This document shows positions 25,701 through 39,854 of a DNA stretch of 64,000 nt, piece after piece. The notes beneath the pieces are model-generated. The model ran no database searches. It saw nothing but the letters and a program-made list of their open reading frames with translations, and was not told where the DNA came from. Where the stretch lies: positions 1-64,000 of the forward strand of contig NGBS01000618.1 in NCBI GenBank assembly GCA_002245135.1, read 5' to 3'. The DNA is from Proteromonas lacertae (lineage: Eukaryota). Position 1 is the first letter of the stretch. Every line of letters starts with the position of its first letter. The position numbers and the translations under genes are program-made.

Positions 25701-28700
25701 TATAAATGGTATATCAGCTGTATTGTAATTCTGAATTGAGCATGATTGTACTGAAGCAGAATCACCAACTGTAACTAATTCTAATCCAATCATAAAAGGA
25801 AATGAATCTTGTGATTCTAATGGTATTGAAGAATTGCTACCAAATAAACATAACTGATGGTATTGGTTCAATTAACATATTGATACTTTTACCTCTCATA
25901 ATCAATTATTAATGTAATGACAATATCCCGTTTATTATTGTCAGTAATTTCAAATATTTTGTTATTTTTCTTAACTTTACCATTTGAATAGATGAACAAT
26001 TCACCTTTATTACTAATTTGATAGATTTCTTTCTCAGTGAAGAAGTTAATATAGCATCTTCCTACATTATTAGATGGAATTGTAATATTATAACAATGTT
26101 GATATGATTGAGGCAATATTGATTTTATCTCAACTTGTTCAAAGAATGGAACATTTACATTCTTTGCTATATTCAGAATTCTTATTACATGATTCTTCAT
26201 CTGGTGCTTCAGTATTAGGTTGTACACGATACACTGTTGATTTATCATTTGATAAAATAATATTATAATTATCATTGTCATGTTCCGCTGACTCATTGAT
26301 TTGAAATTTCACTGGTAAAATGGATTGAGGTGGATCAACCAATGAATTATTATTATTATTATTATTATTATATGTTACACATTCCAACAATATGAATTTC
26401 ATTCCACTACCTCTCGTAACTGATATTGATGGAATGATTCCAACTCCTTTATTAATTGGATATGAATCAATAGATGTAATGAGGAAATTATTTATGCAAA
26501 CTTTCAATTCACCTTTTATCCTATTAATATAGAATTCTAATATGTCATTATCACCTAATTCATGTTTATTATATATTGAAATCATCTTCTTCTTATCATA
26601 ATAAGATATATTCCATTTTAATTCTTCATTTACTCCAATTACTATATTATTCTCACTATTATCAATACTCTTAAATCCAAAAATACATTTTCCTTTCAAC
26701 TCTCTTATACAAATTGTATATTTTATTATATCATCATATGAAGGTTTAGTGTAATTCAATACTGATAGATTATTACTAATACATTCATATATAAAACTAT
26801 TACCATTATAACTATTGTTATTACTGATATTCCAATTATTGCTAAACTCTGTACCTTCACATGTAAAATACCCTATCTGTTGAATATCACTATCTTCATG
26901 ATATTTAATATTGATTATTGAATCATAATATTCCTTTGCGATTGGCTCCATCTCTTTATATTCATTCTTACACTCACATAGAGTAGTATAGATTGTATGT
27001 AAATATTGAATATTGACATTCTCATAAGGTAATGGTAAATTAGTGATAAATGAACATGTGGTATAGTGTAAATAGTTCTTCATTTTGATTGGATATTCTT
27101 TACATTCTTTAATATTTAATGATTGAACTGTACAGAAATTAGATAAACACTCTAAATACTTATCAAGACTTTTAGTTGGTGGAATTATACTATACTCAAA
27201 TCTTTGAATAAAGAATAATAAATGGAAGAATAAACTAGACTGTATGTCTCTTATATTACTAATTGATTTTGATTGGATGAAATTGTGGTAAATTCCTTCA
27301 AAATCAACTTCAATAAACCATTGAGCATTAACTAAATAATCAAATATTATCTCAATAAAATTATATAACAATGTTATTGTTGATTCATCTTTATCTATAC
27401 TCATTAACAATTGATTTACTCCATTATAATCTATCCAATGAGATACAAAGGTTAATAACAAGTCGATAGACTTTTTATATTCTTCATTAATATTACCTTC
27501 GTTACTTAATACTAATTTCAATGTATGAATACAGAAATTTAACGGATTTTGATTGGATATAAAATCTACACTTCCTTTAATGCAATCTATTAATTCATTA
27601 TTGATAAATGGATAGATTTCATTGTTATTATTCAACAATATAAACAATATATTATCTATCTTTAAGAATAATTCATAATATTCCTCTTCTTGGAGAGATT
27701 GAATTGTTGAATTACTTTTCTTATGATTATTATTGCTGTTGTTACTATTATTGTTAATATTATTTATCATATCAGAATAGGATTTATAGAATTGACATAT
27801 ATTCTTAAGTATTGATATAAATCTAGTTTCATTTTTAGATACATCATTTCTTTTATTCTCATTATCATTATTTACCATATTTAACATTTCATATAATATT
27901 TTCAAAGTATTTAAATCTGTTTTTAACAAGAATGTATCACTATCATCTACATTTTTACATAATTTTATATGACTAAACAAATAGTTTATTAAATCATCAC
28001 TATTCTGTATTTTACTAAAGAACATATCATTTCTTTCTTGACAAAATGCACAAACTATTGAATCAAATGGATTGATAAAACTACAGTTAGGACATTTATA
28101 ATAAAAGTTACCTTCAATTTCATCTTCATCAACGTTTACTTCATATTGTAATTTATCATCATGAAAATATAATATCTTTTCTAATAGCATATTATTTGGA
28201 TTTATATCTTCTTTAGTCTTTGCTTCTGTATTTGCTGTTGCTGTTGTTGAAGAAGAAGAAGAAGATGATGATATTGGTGATGCTAAAGCAACATATCCTT
28301 CTAATTTATCATCTTTCCAATAACCATAATAATATTTATTAATTCCTTTCAATTTAGCAACGCCAGCACCATATTTCTTCTTATTACGTAATTGACCAGT
28401 CCAATTTTCTCTTATTTCTTCATTCTTTACATCATAATTCAATGTTGTTATTCCCGTTACTGGTGATTCACATGTTATTGATCTTATTTCGATTTTTCTT
28501 GTTTTACCATAGAAACAGACTGCTGGATAAACAGTTGGATATAAATCTACAAATCCAATAGCTGGTTCACTATTATTTACTGAAAAATATAATTTCTTAG
28601 CATCCATATCAAAAGTAACATTTACTACATCATTCGAATGTATTTTACTTATCTTATCTTGATGATTTCTTCCGTATAATGAACCATTATAACTTCTTAA

Positions 28701-30368
28701 CATCATCAATTCTTCACAATCATTATATTTACCATTAGATGGAGGCCATTTAGCACAACCAAAGGCAGTACATTCATCACCCATTGTATCTTCTAATAAT
28801 ACGAATTGTACAAGCCATTTACCACTACTGATTGGGAAATCAATTGCTACACATGAACTTTCACTTGAATTAGATGTTGCTACATGATTATTTTGACTAA
28901 ACTCTACATCAGCACCAACTACATACCTTTCAGAGAAGCACGCATCTAATATCTTTGGACCATCGATTGGTTCAATATCTTCAAGTATCGTTGAACATAA
29001 TCTCTTAAAATAAGGTTTACATTCACCATATAGATTATCACCATTCTATTTATTATTAATATAATAATATCTATATTTTATACTTTCATTAATTCCTCAA
29101 TCAATTGTAACAGTATTGCTGAATTACCACTTACTTGAGCTAATACACATAATGTATTTATTGAATCACATTTCAACTCATCAAATCCAAGACAATAAAT
29201 GAGAAATTTACTGATATGACTAAATAAACTGGAAGGATCACAGGAATATTTTGATTTACTGGATTGATATAATAATAAACTATCTATTTTATATTCATCT
29301 GAACAATCGATTGTTATATCTATTTCACTTACAAAACTATTGATTAATATCTTTTGACAGATATTATTTCTCTTTATTATATCACTTTCTGGTTCAATTC
29401 GAATTGATTCTTTCTTATTTTTATTATTGGTTATTATGACTATTACTACTTCAGGTATTTTACTCCATTTTATTTCTAATGATGAGATTTTCTCTTTTTC
29501 ATTATAACAGATTCTTAATTTTGTATTTCTGTTGATTATATTTTGTTCTAAATCATTTATACAACTCAATTCTTCGTTTGTTTCACTTTGATAATGTAAT
29601 TCATAATCTGATTTTCCTATTAATGTCTCTGAAGGTATTGCTGAGATTTCTAATTCATTTAATAAGGAATAATCTTTGTATATCTTTAATAAATCCAATA
29701 AATGGTTAATTATTGGTTTTAACAACTTTTGATCACAATTCAGATTGTCGATTATTGTTTGAAAACTTCTATAAACAATAAATTGATGTAAGTATAGGAA
29801 ATATACATCAAACAAAGTCGATGAACTGGGAAATTCTGTGAATCTGGAATATGAATATATCTCAAAGCATCATTTTCATCCTATTATATTATTAATACAT
29901 TTAATACATTCATATTCTTAGAATAGCATTTAGCTGCACTACATCTCAACAAAAAACCTAATTCCTCTTTACTTATTGTTGATATATCATCATCCTATTA
30001 TAAATTAAATAGACAATATTACGTATATACTTCATATAGAGTATTTCTAACTGCATTACAATAATTGTGGTAGAAATCGATTGTACTATCCAAATCAAGT
30101 TGATACGATTTTATATTCTCTATCTCTTCATAAACTTTCACAGTGGGATGACATATTATGCTCTCTATAATTGAAGTTGAATTACTGCCATTCAGTATCT
30201 ATATGCAGATTAGTCATATTAAAAATATACTTCATGTTTCAATTCCGTGGATTCTACATATTCTTTCCATCCACAACCATATTTACAGGGAGCTCCACAT
30301 TTTCTACATAAATCTCCTCCACTATGCAGATATGGTAATAAATTAAGCACAAATGTGCTTTTCTCCAT
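19778..30368 (-). CDS. Giant HERC/HECTD-like protein: SPRY domain(s), RanBP2-type zinc finger, acidic region, C-terminal partial HECT (N-lobe only)
   Basis: SPRY motifs EDTMGDECTAFG...MLRSYNGSLY...FDMDAKKLYFSVN...VYPAVCFYG. Zinc finger CPNCSFINPFDSIVCAFC. HECT N-lobe-like YGIGVLIGLIL...FPVYFWKLLFNDSLSVEDID and IRKGVLAVVP. Consecutive minus-strand ORFs are separated by intron-sized gaps. ATG at 30368. A single-gene model is inferred. Confidence 0.7.
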
Positions 30369-30631
30369 TTATTATATTCGAATCTAAAAAATAAAAGCAA
30401 GAATAAATTAATTAAATTTCAGCGAAAAAAGTGGGTTTATTTTTTGGAATAGATACTTTTTTCTTTATTTTGGACTATATAATCATCAAATAGAATAATT
30501 TCCTTGAAAATTCATTTAAACATATAAAATATTATTGATACAAACAAAGAACCAGCAATATACAATAAAATGAAAATAATTAAGAAAAATAACAACTCTT
30601 TACACTATATATATTCATTATTTTTCATTTT

Positions 30632-32904
30632 TCAAGAGAGTTTAGATAGTCGAGATATTTTATTTTTAATCTGAGATGAAAGACCATTTAATTCATATCT
30701 CTTTACTATTGGAGCAGCTAAATAAAATATAATAATCATTATAATAAATACTTTCAATCATTGAATCGAGAAGATCTTTCATACTTCGATAATAAGATTG
30801 AACTGAAGGATTATTATCTCTTTCAAACTGTAAAGCTGTTTCATACATTCGAATTATATCATCTCGAACTATTTTATTCTATATACATTTAGAATAACAA
30901 TTAATATATATCATACATTTATATAATTTAATATTCTTATCACGTTGTCATGATCTATTGATAATCCTATATTTATATTAACTATATTTCTTGGTTTTAA
31001 TGATGGAGATATTATTTTACTAGTTACTCTATCTTCTAATTCTGGATTTGGGATTTTATATTCTTCTTCATCTTCATTATTATTATTATTATTATCTTTT
31101 GATGATTTTATTTGTTGTTTTATATCATCAGGAACAAATGTTGAATCATAAGATGGAGGGTGTTGTGTAGATAATGGATCAGAAAATGGAACTTCGATTG
31201 TTGATGAAGCTGACGATGGTAAAAAGATCATATTATCAGAGGAGGAGGATGAATCTTCAGGAATTGGAGGAGGTAATTTGGAGGATTTATCTGAATGGAT
31301 TAAAGAAGGAGGAGATGGTTCATCACTTTTTATAGCTTTAGATGCATATAATAATGCTGGAGATTGTGAAGCAAGTGGATCAGTTGGGATTTGAAATTCT
31401 TCACTATCCTCTAATACAGTTGATGGAATATTCTCTGGTTTATCTAAATTTATATCTGATGGATTATATGTTGATTCAAATGTTGATGAAGATGATGATT
31501 TTATTGGATCTTGAATATCTGAAGGAAGAAATGTTCCATCTTTTATTGTTGAATTTCCACCAGCTAATGGATCTAATAATAATGTGTTAGATTTATCACC
31601 TTCATTGCTATTACTATTTGATGCTAGTGGATCTAATAATGAATTATCTTCATCATCATCTTCATCTTTTTCTTCTTCTTCCTTTTTTTCTTTCAAAGGA
31701 TCTTCTAATGGATCAATCATTAATGGAGAATCAGAATTCATACTACCTACCAATGGATCTATTAGAAAATCAGAATTAGATGATGTTGTCATTGGAGAAC
31801 TTTCATCACTTCTCTTTTTATACATTTCTTCTATTGCATTGGGATTGGATATACTTCTAGTTATTGTATTTTTGTTTGGTTGCAGTTTTAAATGGCTTGG
31901 TTCAGTTTTTACTTCAACATCTCTTCCACTTTTAGATCGATTTCTATTCTTACTACTTGATACTATCATATCAGATGTTGACGATTGTATTTGAGTTGAT
32001 AATGGATAATTCTTCTTTCGATGATGATGATGATGGTGTTTATCATCACTATCACCACTTCCTACACTTTCACTGTGTTTTATTTTTAAATCTTCAATTT
32101 GTAAACTACTACATCTAATGTGAGGCATTGCACTACTATTATTGTTAGTAGGAGTTGTTTTATTTGAATCATTTGAATAAATACTGTCATTACTAGCTGT
32201 TATATCTATTCCTGTTAAACTACATGATAATCTTTTATTTTCTATTGTTGCAATTGGCTTCTTACGATCTTCAACAGGTTCTGGAGTTGATACATTGCTT
32301 TTATATTTCATATCCATAACTGATATGTCAAATTTAAAGATTATTGGAGGTAATTGTATTAATGGATCTAATTTACATGCTTCTTTTCTTAAAGTTTCTA
32401 ATCCTTCTTCATAACTTAGCTATAATAATATATACAAATAATCTATACTTTATTTCTTTCATCAAAGTCGATTTGGTATAAAACTTCATATAAATGAGAT
32501 ATTTCTACTAGTTTCTTTGCTTTTGACTATTTCTTTATAAGATAATAAATATACCTGTGATGATTTTAAACTAAAAAAACTCTTCAAAGATTCAGTAACT
32601 GAGTTTATTCCATTCTTTAAACCATCTACACATTCATTATATGGTGGATGGTGTTGTGAAGCATAAAAACACGTTAATTCTTGTAAATATCCATCAATCT
32701 AAATAAAGAGACAAAAATATACTTTTGGTGATTTAGGAGTGTCTTTTAATATTTTTAATAAATATAACATAATTGAGTGACTAATTCTTTTATCCTTTTT
32801 ATATGCCTTTACTAGTTTTATGTAAGGATTAATAAAACTAATCTCACCTGGTGGATTTTCCTATGTTCAATATATACAATATAAGATACTAGTGTCTTAT
32901 TCAT
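30632..32904 (-). CDS. Hypothetical multi-exon protein with long Ser/Pro/Asp-rich centre and repeated DPL motifs
   Basis: 468-aa track ORF plus flanking short exons, from ATG 32904 (MNKTL|ENPPGEISFINPYIKLVK...) to TGA at 30632. The N-terminus is faintly Vta1/MIT-like but unconfirmed. Confidence 0.65.
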
Positions 32905-33230
32905 TCCTAAATATTCTCTTTAATAAATTAACACTACTTAAAACAGAATATCGAAAAACAAAAATCAGATTCTCGAACTTAAGCTTGACTTAAGTATTTT
33001 TTCAATTTCAAAAATATGTTAGTGTTAATGTGGTTGTTTAACTTCATTCTCATCAGCTTAATGACAATTATGTGGTTTTAAGATGGATTATGATCGTATA
33101 ACGTAAATGAGTAGATGTAATTGAAATCGTTTAGTATTATCACCACAAACATGGTAGAAAAGAAAATATCAGTATTATCAATTAATTTTAACAGAATATA
33201 TGTATTTCAAATAATAAAAAATATATAAAT

Positions 33231-35492
33231 TTACTTGGATGATTGTTTCTGAGTTTCTTCTTCATGTATCTTCACTTTCAAACTCTTGATTTCATCTTCA
33301 TTCACTGTTACTTTCTTACCTTCTTCAATATACGAAGGAATTGTCTCAGCCATATTAATCTGTTTCAAATATCTATTTCTATAATACAATACTATATTTG
33401 AATATTTTCCAGCTTTCTGAGCTATCTCCATTGCATGTTCCCATCTAAATAATCGAATATTCATCTTAATAGCTCTATAAGTCAATGGAGGATAATGTTG
33501 TAATAACATAGCTTCAGCTTCTTCTGGTCTTCTTTGATATAAGGATAATTCAGCATTCTTTACTGTATCATTTGGTAAATTCATTATATATAATATATAA
33601 CTCTGTTTAGCTACTTCACCAAGGCAAGCTAAAGCTTGTTCTGCTCTATTTAATTGATTATTACCAATTGCCATTGCAGCTAAAGTAGCCCATAATGCTT
33701 CTGACTCTACAAATCGACATAATCTAATTGCACCATCCCATTTACCTGTTACTATTAAATCATACAATATAGCAGGATAAGGTGAAACACTTGTAGATAT
33801 TAAACCGCCATTTTGATTCTTTATTGTTAATTGATTACCAGTAAATGAATATATTTCAGGTGATTTTCCTAGATATATATCATATCTTGTTTCTATTGTT
33901 TTCTCTAATAGATCTTTATCAATATAAATAATCTTTGGATAATAGAAACTTTCTATTTTACCATCACTTAAAGCAATCAACATATTACTGTTAGTTGCCC
34001 AACTTATACTATCAACCATTGATAATAGTTTAAATGGTTTATTCTTACTAATATTAGATATATATAATTCTCTATTTACATCTATATAAGCTATCATTCT
34101 TTCTTTATCTTTCCATTGACTTAATGCTATTTCTTCTATATTATGAGGATGAAATAAACCATTTCCTAAAGGTTTACCACTACTTACATCAAAGAAACGA
34201 ATAGTTTTATTATCACTTCGATCTATTACACCTAATATATCAGAACTCAAACTGATTGTCTTATTATTTAAGAATTGAGTTTGTAATCCTTTAAATCTAG
34301 GTGAAGATGTTACTCTTCCTTCATAACTCATTATTTGAATACCATTTGTATTATCTACTAACACAAAACTAGTCTCACCAGGTATAATTAAACTACAACT
34401 GTATCTCAAATCAAATGAATGAGGAGAAGTCCAATTACCACATTCATATATAAAACATTGAGTTGATGTTGCTACAACTAAATGATCATAACTCATTGCC
34501 ATTTCCACTATTCTATCACGATATTCCAATTCTTCTTTACTACCATTATTACTATCAATTATTTGAATTGTTCTACTATCTGTTTCTTCTACTGTTAAGG
34601 ATTTCCATTGTAATTTTCTTCCAATTGCATATGCTACAAGCATTGAACCTGTACCACAAGCACAACCTAATACAGTACCATCTGTACTCCAGCACATATC
34701 AAAGGGAGATCCATCTTCTATTGCTTGTCTTGCACTACAGAATCCATTATGTTCACATAATCTCAATGAACCAAAACAACCAACTACAAATTGATCACCT
34801 GATGGTTTCCAAGATACTGATGTGATTACATTGTCTACTAAAGAACTTTGATATAATAATCGACCATATGGATCCCATATCTTATATCTACAATCTTCAC
34901 CACCTGAGATTATTAGATTATTTACTGAATTCCAGTCAACTTTCATTATTACGCCATCATGAGCTTTCCAACGTAATTGTCTAGCTGCATTTTGTAAACC
35001 TTTGATTAATAAATCTTTTCCTGAAGCAATAACCATTTGATCTCCATCTCCACCCCAAGAGAAGGAATATACTGAATTGGGTAATTGTGCTATTACTGCT
35101 CTTGCCATACCTGTTTTTGACCATGCTTTTACTTGACCATCTTCACCACAAGACACAATTGCTCCTCCATCCATACTCCACTTTACATTAATAACAGCTC
35201 CACGATGTGCATCTACTTTCTTTTCCTCTCTACCACTTTTGTTTACTATTCTGTAAGTACCATCAGTACAACCGACTAAAAATATGTCTGAAGAGCTAGC
35301 TCCATGTGTTGGATACCAATCAATTGATGTGATACAACTATCTAAACTACAAACTGATCCTAAGTTTTGACCATCAATATCCCAACGATATATTGTTTGA
35401 TCATCAGAACCTGTGTAATATTCATTTGATGGGCTGAAACAGATTGCTGTTGCCATATCTGTATGGCATCTCTTACCTTTTCTAACATTCAT
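33231..35492 (-). CDS. IFT80: Intraflagellar transport protein 80 (IFT-B), intronless
   Basis: 753-aa WD40 + TPR-like ORF with IFT80 signatures GREEKKVDAHRGAV, WKAHDGVIMKVDWNSVNNLIISGGEDCRYKIWDPYGR, AIRLCRFV, LWATLAAMA and YRAIKMNIRLFRWEHA. Confidence 0.97.
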   Translation of the reverse strand: MNVRKGKRCHTDMATAICFSPSNEYYTGSDDQTIYRWDIDGQNLGSVCSLDSCITSIDWYPTHGASSSDIFLVGCTDGTYRIVNKSGREEKKVDAHRGAVINVKWSMDGGAIVSCGEDGQVKAWSKTGMARAVIAQLPNSVYSFSWGGDGDQMVIASGKDLLIKGLQNAARQLRWKAHDGVIMKVDWNSVNNLIISGGEDCRYKIWDPYGRLLYQSSLVDNVITSVSWKPSGDQFVVGCFGSLRLCEHNGFCSARQAIEDGSPFDMCWSTDGTVLGCACGTGSMLVAYAIGRKLQWKSLTVEETDSRTIQIIDSNNGSKEELEYRDRIVEMAMSYDHLVVATSTQCFIYECGNWTSPHSFDLRYSCSLIIPGETSFVLVDNTNGIQIMSYEGRVTSSPRFKGLQTQFLNNKTISLSSDILGVIDRSDNKTIRFFDVSSGKPLGNGLFHPHNIEEIALSQWKDKERMIAYIDVNRELYISNISKNKPFKLLSMVDSISWATNSNMLIALSDGKIESFYYPKIIYIDKDLLEKTIETRYDIYLGKSPEIYSFTGNQLTIKNQNGGLISTSVSPYPAILYDLIVTGKWDGAIRLCRFVESEALWATLAAMAIGNNQLNRAEQALACLGEVAKQSYILYIMNLPNDTVKNAELSLYQRRPEEAEAMLLQHYPPLTYRAIKMNIRLFRWEHAMEIAQKAGKYSNIVLYYRNRYLKQINMAETIPSYIEEGKKVTVNEDEIKSLKVKIHEEETQKQSSK

Positions 35493-35758
35493 TATTACTT
35501 TTAAAAAATCAAAATAGATTAGGCTTAAACTAATAAGAATGAATATAAAAATAAGCCTCGAGCGTTTTTTGAATTTTGAATTTTAAAGCTGTTTTTCTCT
35601 TGTTGTAAACCATATTGAACCGTGTTTTATATTTTTATGGACAATATAAGATGAAACAGAGGTATAATTGAGTAAAAATTAGTGGAATAAGAAGAAATGT
35701 GAGATAGTACAATTACTACCCAAAAAATGTTATTAAGCGATAGAAGCAGTTATTATAA

Positions 35759-36909
35759 TTAAATTTCACTAAAAATGTTGATGTTATGGTTTGGATGTGA
35801 CATTTTCATTCCTTGTACTAACTCCAACTTGTTTATTATTCCATTATTACGATTAATCCATAATTTATCAAGTAATGGACAACTACATAAAGAAGTTTTC
35901 ATGAATGCTGACACATTATCTGTAATTTTGTTTTCTTGAAGATTTAGAGTTAATAGATTGGGTATACAGTAGCAATTCTCACAAAATATTTCAACGTCAT
36001 CGTCTTCTAAATCACATTCTAGAAAAATATAGGTTATATGTAGTATAATACTTCTCAAATCAAGATACATAAGATTTGAAATGTTTGAAAGACTAGCGCT
36101 TAAATATTTAATACCTCCAGATAAGTTATTATTGCTTAATCCTAACATTTTCAAAGATGGAATATATTTGAAATCTTTTGACAATTCTCTTAAGCCAAGT
36201 GATGTAATCTTATTGTTAGAAAGCCACAGATTTTGTAGATTTGGTAAGTATTGAAATAGACATAATGAATTGAAGCATATTTCATTTGTTAGATTGTTAC
36301 TTTGTAAGTCTAAATAGGTAAGATTTCTAAAATGAGATAATCTATAACACAAATAATCCACTCCTTTCTTTCCAATTTTTTCTATTTAAAAAGTAGTTAT
36401 ATATTATACTACCACTAAATATCATTTCGTTACAACAATTATCAATAACATTTACTATATACAAACTATAAAAAATAGTATTATATACTCTTTTTCTTAT
36501 TAAAGAATTTACTCTCTAACAATAACTGGAACATTCTTTCATTTTCATAGCAATCCCATTGATGTGGTTCTACATTCTTTAATATTTCTTCTTCTATAGT
36601 ATCGTTATTGTCATTTAACATTATTTTTTCTTCATAATCATTATTGATTATTCTGATTACTTCATTCTCTGAAAGATTGTATAATTGATATAATGTATTT
36701 TGATTAATGATATTTCTTTCTTTCTTTTCTAAGGCTATAACGTTTTCATTTTCACTATTAACTGTTATATTAATTCTCATTAGCGCCGAGAGATGTAATT
36801 TATTCAACAGTTTTACAAATTCGATTAAGCATAGCAATTTACTGTGTTTATTAACTACTCCTTTAATTGAGTTGAAGTTGATGGTATTAAAATCATTGTT
36901 CTGTTGCAT
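35759..36909 (-). CDS. Leucine-rich repeat protein (ribonuclease-inhibitor/NLRC3-like LRRs), multi-exon
   Basis: ~28-aa LRRs: LTYLDLQSNNL, LQNLWLSNNKI, LKMLGLSNNNL, LLTLNLQENKI. Short introns link these to the upstream 142-aa ORF. Confidence 0.75.
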
Positions 36910-37033
36910 TGTACAGGATAAATAATTTTTTATAAATGATAGTTAATCTTTTCAGCTTTATAATCAAAAAATAAATATTCTGAAACGAATAGATTTTTGA
37001 AACAAATTTCAAAAATTAATTAGATTAATAAAG

Positions 37034-39809
37034 ATGGAGATAGATGGAGAAACCTATAACAGTAATAATGAGCAAGAGTATAACGACAAAGTCTACTTTT
37101 ATTCAATAGATATTCAACTTATCCGTTGATCACACTTGAAAGACCACTTAACCGTATGGGTTATTAGAATATCATTTTTTTATTTAGAATATGCAATCGT
37201 ATCTGTTGCAGCAGAAGGAGGTTCAGATGAAATAATCACTTATATACAGAATAATCAACTAAAGCTGTTAGTTATTCCATTTACTAAGAATAATGACATA
37301 TTATTATCAAAGAAATCCTCTTATGCAATTAATTTGTCATCTGAAGTAACAGTATAATCTTGTTTTATTAACTATAAATTATAGAAAATAGAATGGGATG
37401 AATCAGGTATTTATTGCTTAATTGGTGATAAAAGCGGTTGTTTGACTATAATTGACAAAAATGGAAGAATTATAACTTCTTATCATATTAAATTGAATTG
37501 GTATATAATATATTATTTATAATAATTAGTGAAATAATCGATATAAAACTAGTTAAGGTAAATGAAGAAGTATTAATATTTGCAATCCTATCAGATTTGT
37601 CATTATATGTACTGAAAGGGTTTAACCAAATAAATAACATGATATCAGGTGAAAAAATCAAATTTGAAGAAGAAAGTTTTAAAGTATCAGATGAATTTAC
37701 AACTATTGAAAATATGGTGGTGAGGATAGTGAATAGCGAAATTGTTGTATTAATAAATGGAGAAGGAGAATATAAAATAGGATTATATCTATATACTCAA
37801 AGTCAACTTTGTTTTTATAATGGAATTAATAGTGAGTTAATAGAATCAAAAGTTTTATCTGTTTCAATCTCAAATAATAGTAAATTCATTTATATCCTTG
37901 TAAATTCTGGAATATTATATTTATATGATATATATACATTATTGTATATGTATGAATGGAAGTATAATAATTATATATCATTTATATTTTCAATTTAGCA
38001 CTTCATTTACTTCGTTTCATATAATGCCAGATAGTAGTGATGAAAATCTATTTATGGCTAAAGATAAGGTATTATAAAAGAATAATTATATATATATATA
38101 TATTATAAATAGTCATCAGTTATAATTGGAACAATAAATGGAATGAAATTAATAACAAAAATATGTTATAATAACTATATAAATTACTTTACACCATCAT
38201 TTTCGAATAATAATCATTATTATATTTGGAGTATTGATTCATTAGGAGCCTATAACATTAACGTTTGTTATGAAACAAATCCATTACAAAGAATAAAAGT
38301 AAAATTCATTGTGTTTATGATATAAAATATATATAGATTCTATTACGTCAAGGAAATGAATTACTTTCATTTCAATTATCAGAAGAGAATAACATTCCAA
38401 AGGAAATAGTGTATAGATGTTATGCTGAAATAACCAAAGAGAAGATAGAAAATAATCAAGAGAGTATAATATTCCAATTAATTATAAACTGTTTGTAGAA
38501 TATGATGATAATAAAGTGAAGAATATATTGAATCAATTAACTGATATTGAATATGTCATAGACTATTGTATTAATGTATATATACATATAATATTCTTTA
38601 TGCTATTATTCTCTTGTATAGATAATACTGCCAGTCAGAAAAGACACTGAAAGTATGTTATATTATGCATCTGAAAGATGGACTTCCTTCCAAAACAAAG
38701 AAAAAGATATACAATATTATGATATTAAAACAAAGTTAGAAATATCATTTTTATAGCAATGCACTGTGTTTTAGTTTAATTAACCGTATATTTTTAATCG
38801 ACTTTAGTAAGATGGGGAACTTATTATATTCTATCTGATAATGAGATGTTTAGTCCTCAGAATTGGCATATTTTCAATAGTCAAGACATTGAAGAGAAAC
38901 TAATTACATTCATTGAGGAAGGTAATATTAGAAACTCAATACTGATATGGAGAAGACATTTAAAAGAGTTTGAGAATTGTTCAATTCCTGATAATTTTAT
39001 TAATTCAATATTATCATTACTACCGCAGAATATTTCACCAAGTAGTTATAGTTCATGGTTAAAACATGAAGTATTACCTCATATGAATAAAGAAGAAAGA
39101 TATGTATAAATATATATATATAGATAATATTATATGTATAGAACTTTGCTGAATGGGTAATGAATAAAGCAATAACATATTCACAATCATATGATTTTAA
39201 TAATGCTTTATTATTAACTGGAATATTCTATAATAACAACAACAGTAATACTGATATTCATTACTATAAAACAGCTGGTGAAATGATTAGAGATTATAAT
39301 TTATCAACAAACATATCATTCGTAAATCAAGATAATAATGATGGTATAATGTCATGTTATGTTGTTATAGATATTGAACTTCAAATACTCTCACTTCATA
39401 ACACATTGAATGATTTAAATGAATTGAAAAGAAACTATAATATTGTACTTTCTCCTAATAATATATTATCAATTAATGATATTTGTATTGCAATGATTGA
39501 TAGAGTTACTGCGAATGAATTGTTGGTAGATGAAATATCTATTAATATTAAACCATACTGTGAAAAACATGGTTTAAATTATGAAATGATTATGTTAGAT
39601 TATGTTAAACAAATGATATTGAAATCTTCAACTAATTTCATCGTGGAAAGAGGGATTTTGTTGTGTAAAATGATTGAATCTATTGAAATAAAAACTCGTA
39701 TATATGTTGTAGTTAATTGTATATAGAATGTAGTATAATCTTGATTGATAACTACAGCAAACAATATCCATATCTCATTCAACTTCTAATTGAAGATCTT
39801 CAAATATAT

Positions 39810-39854
<45 letters not shown>

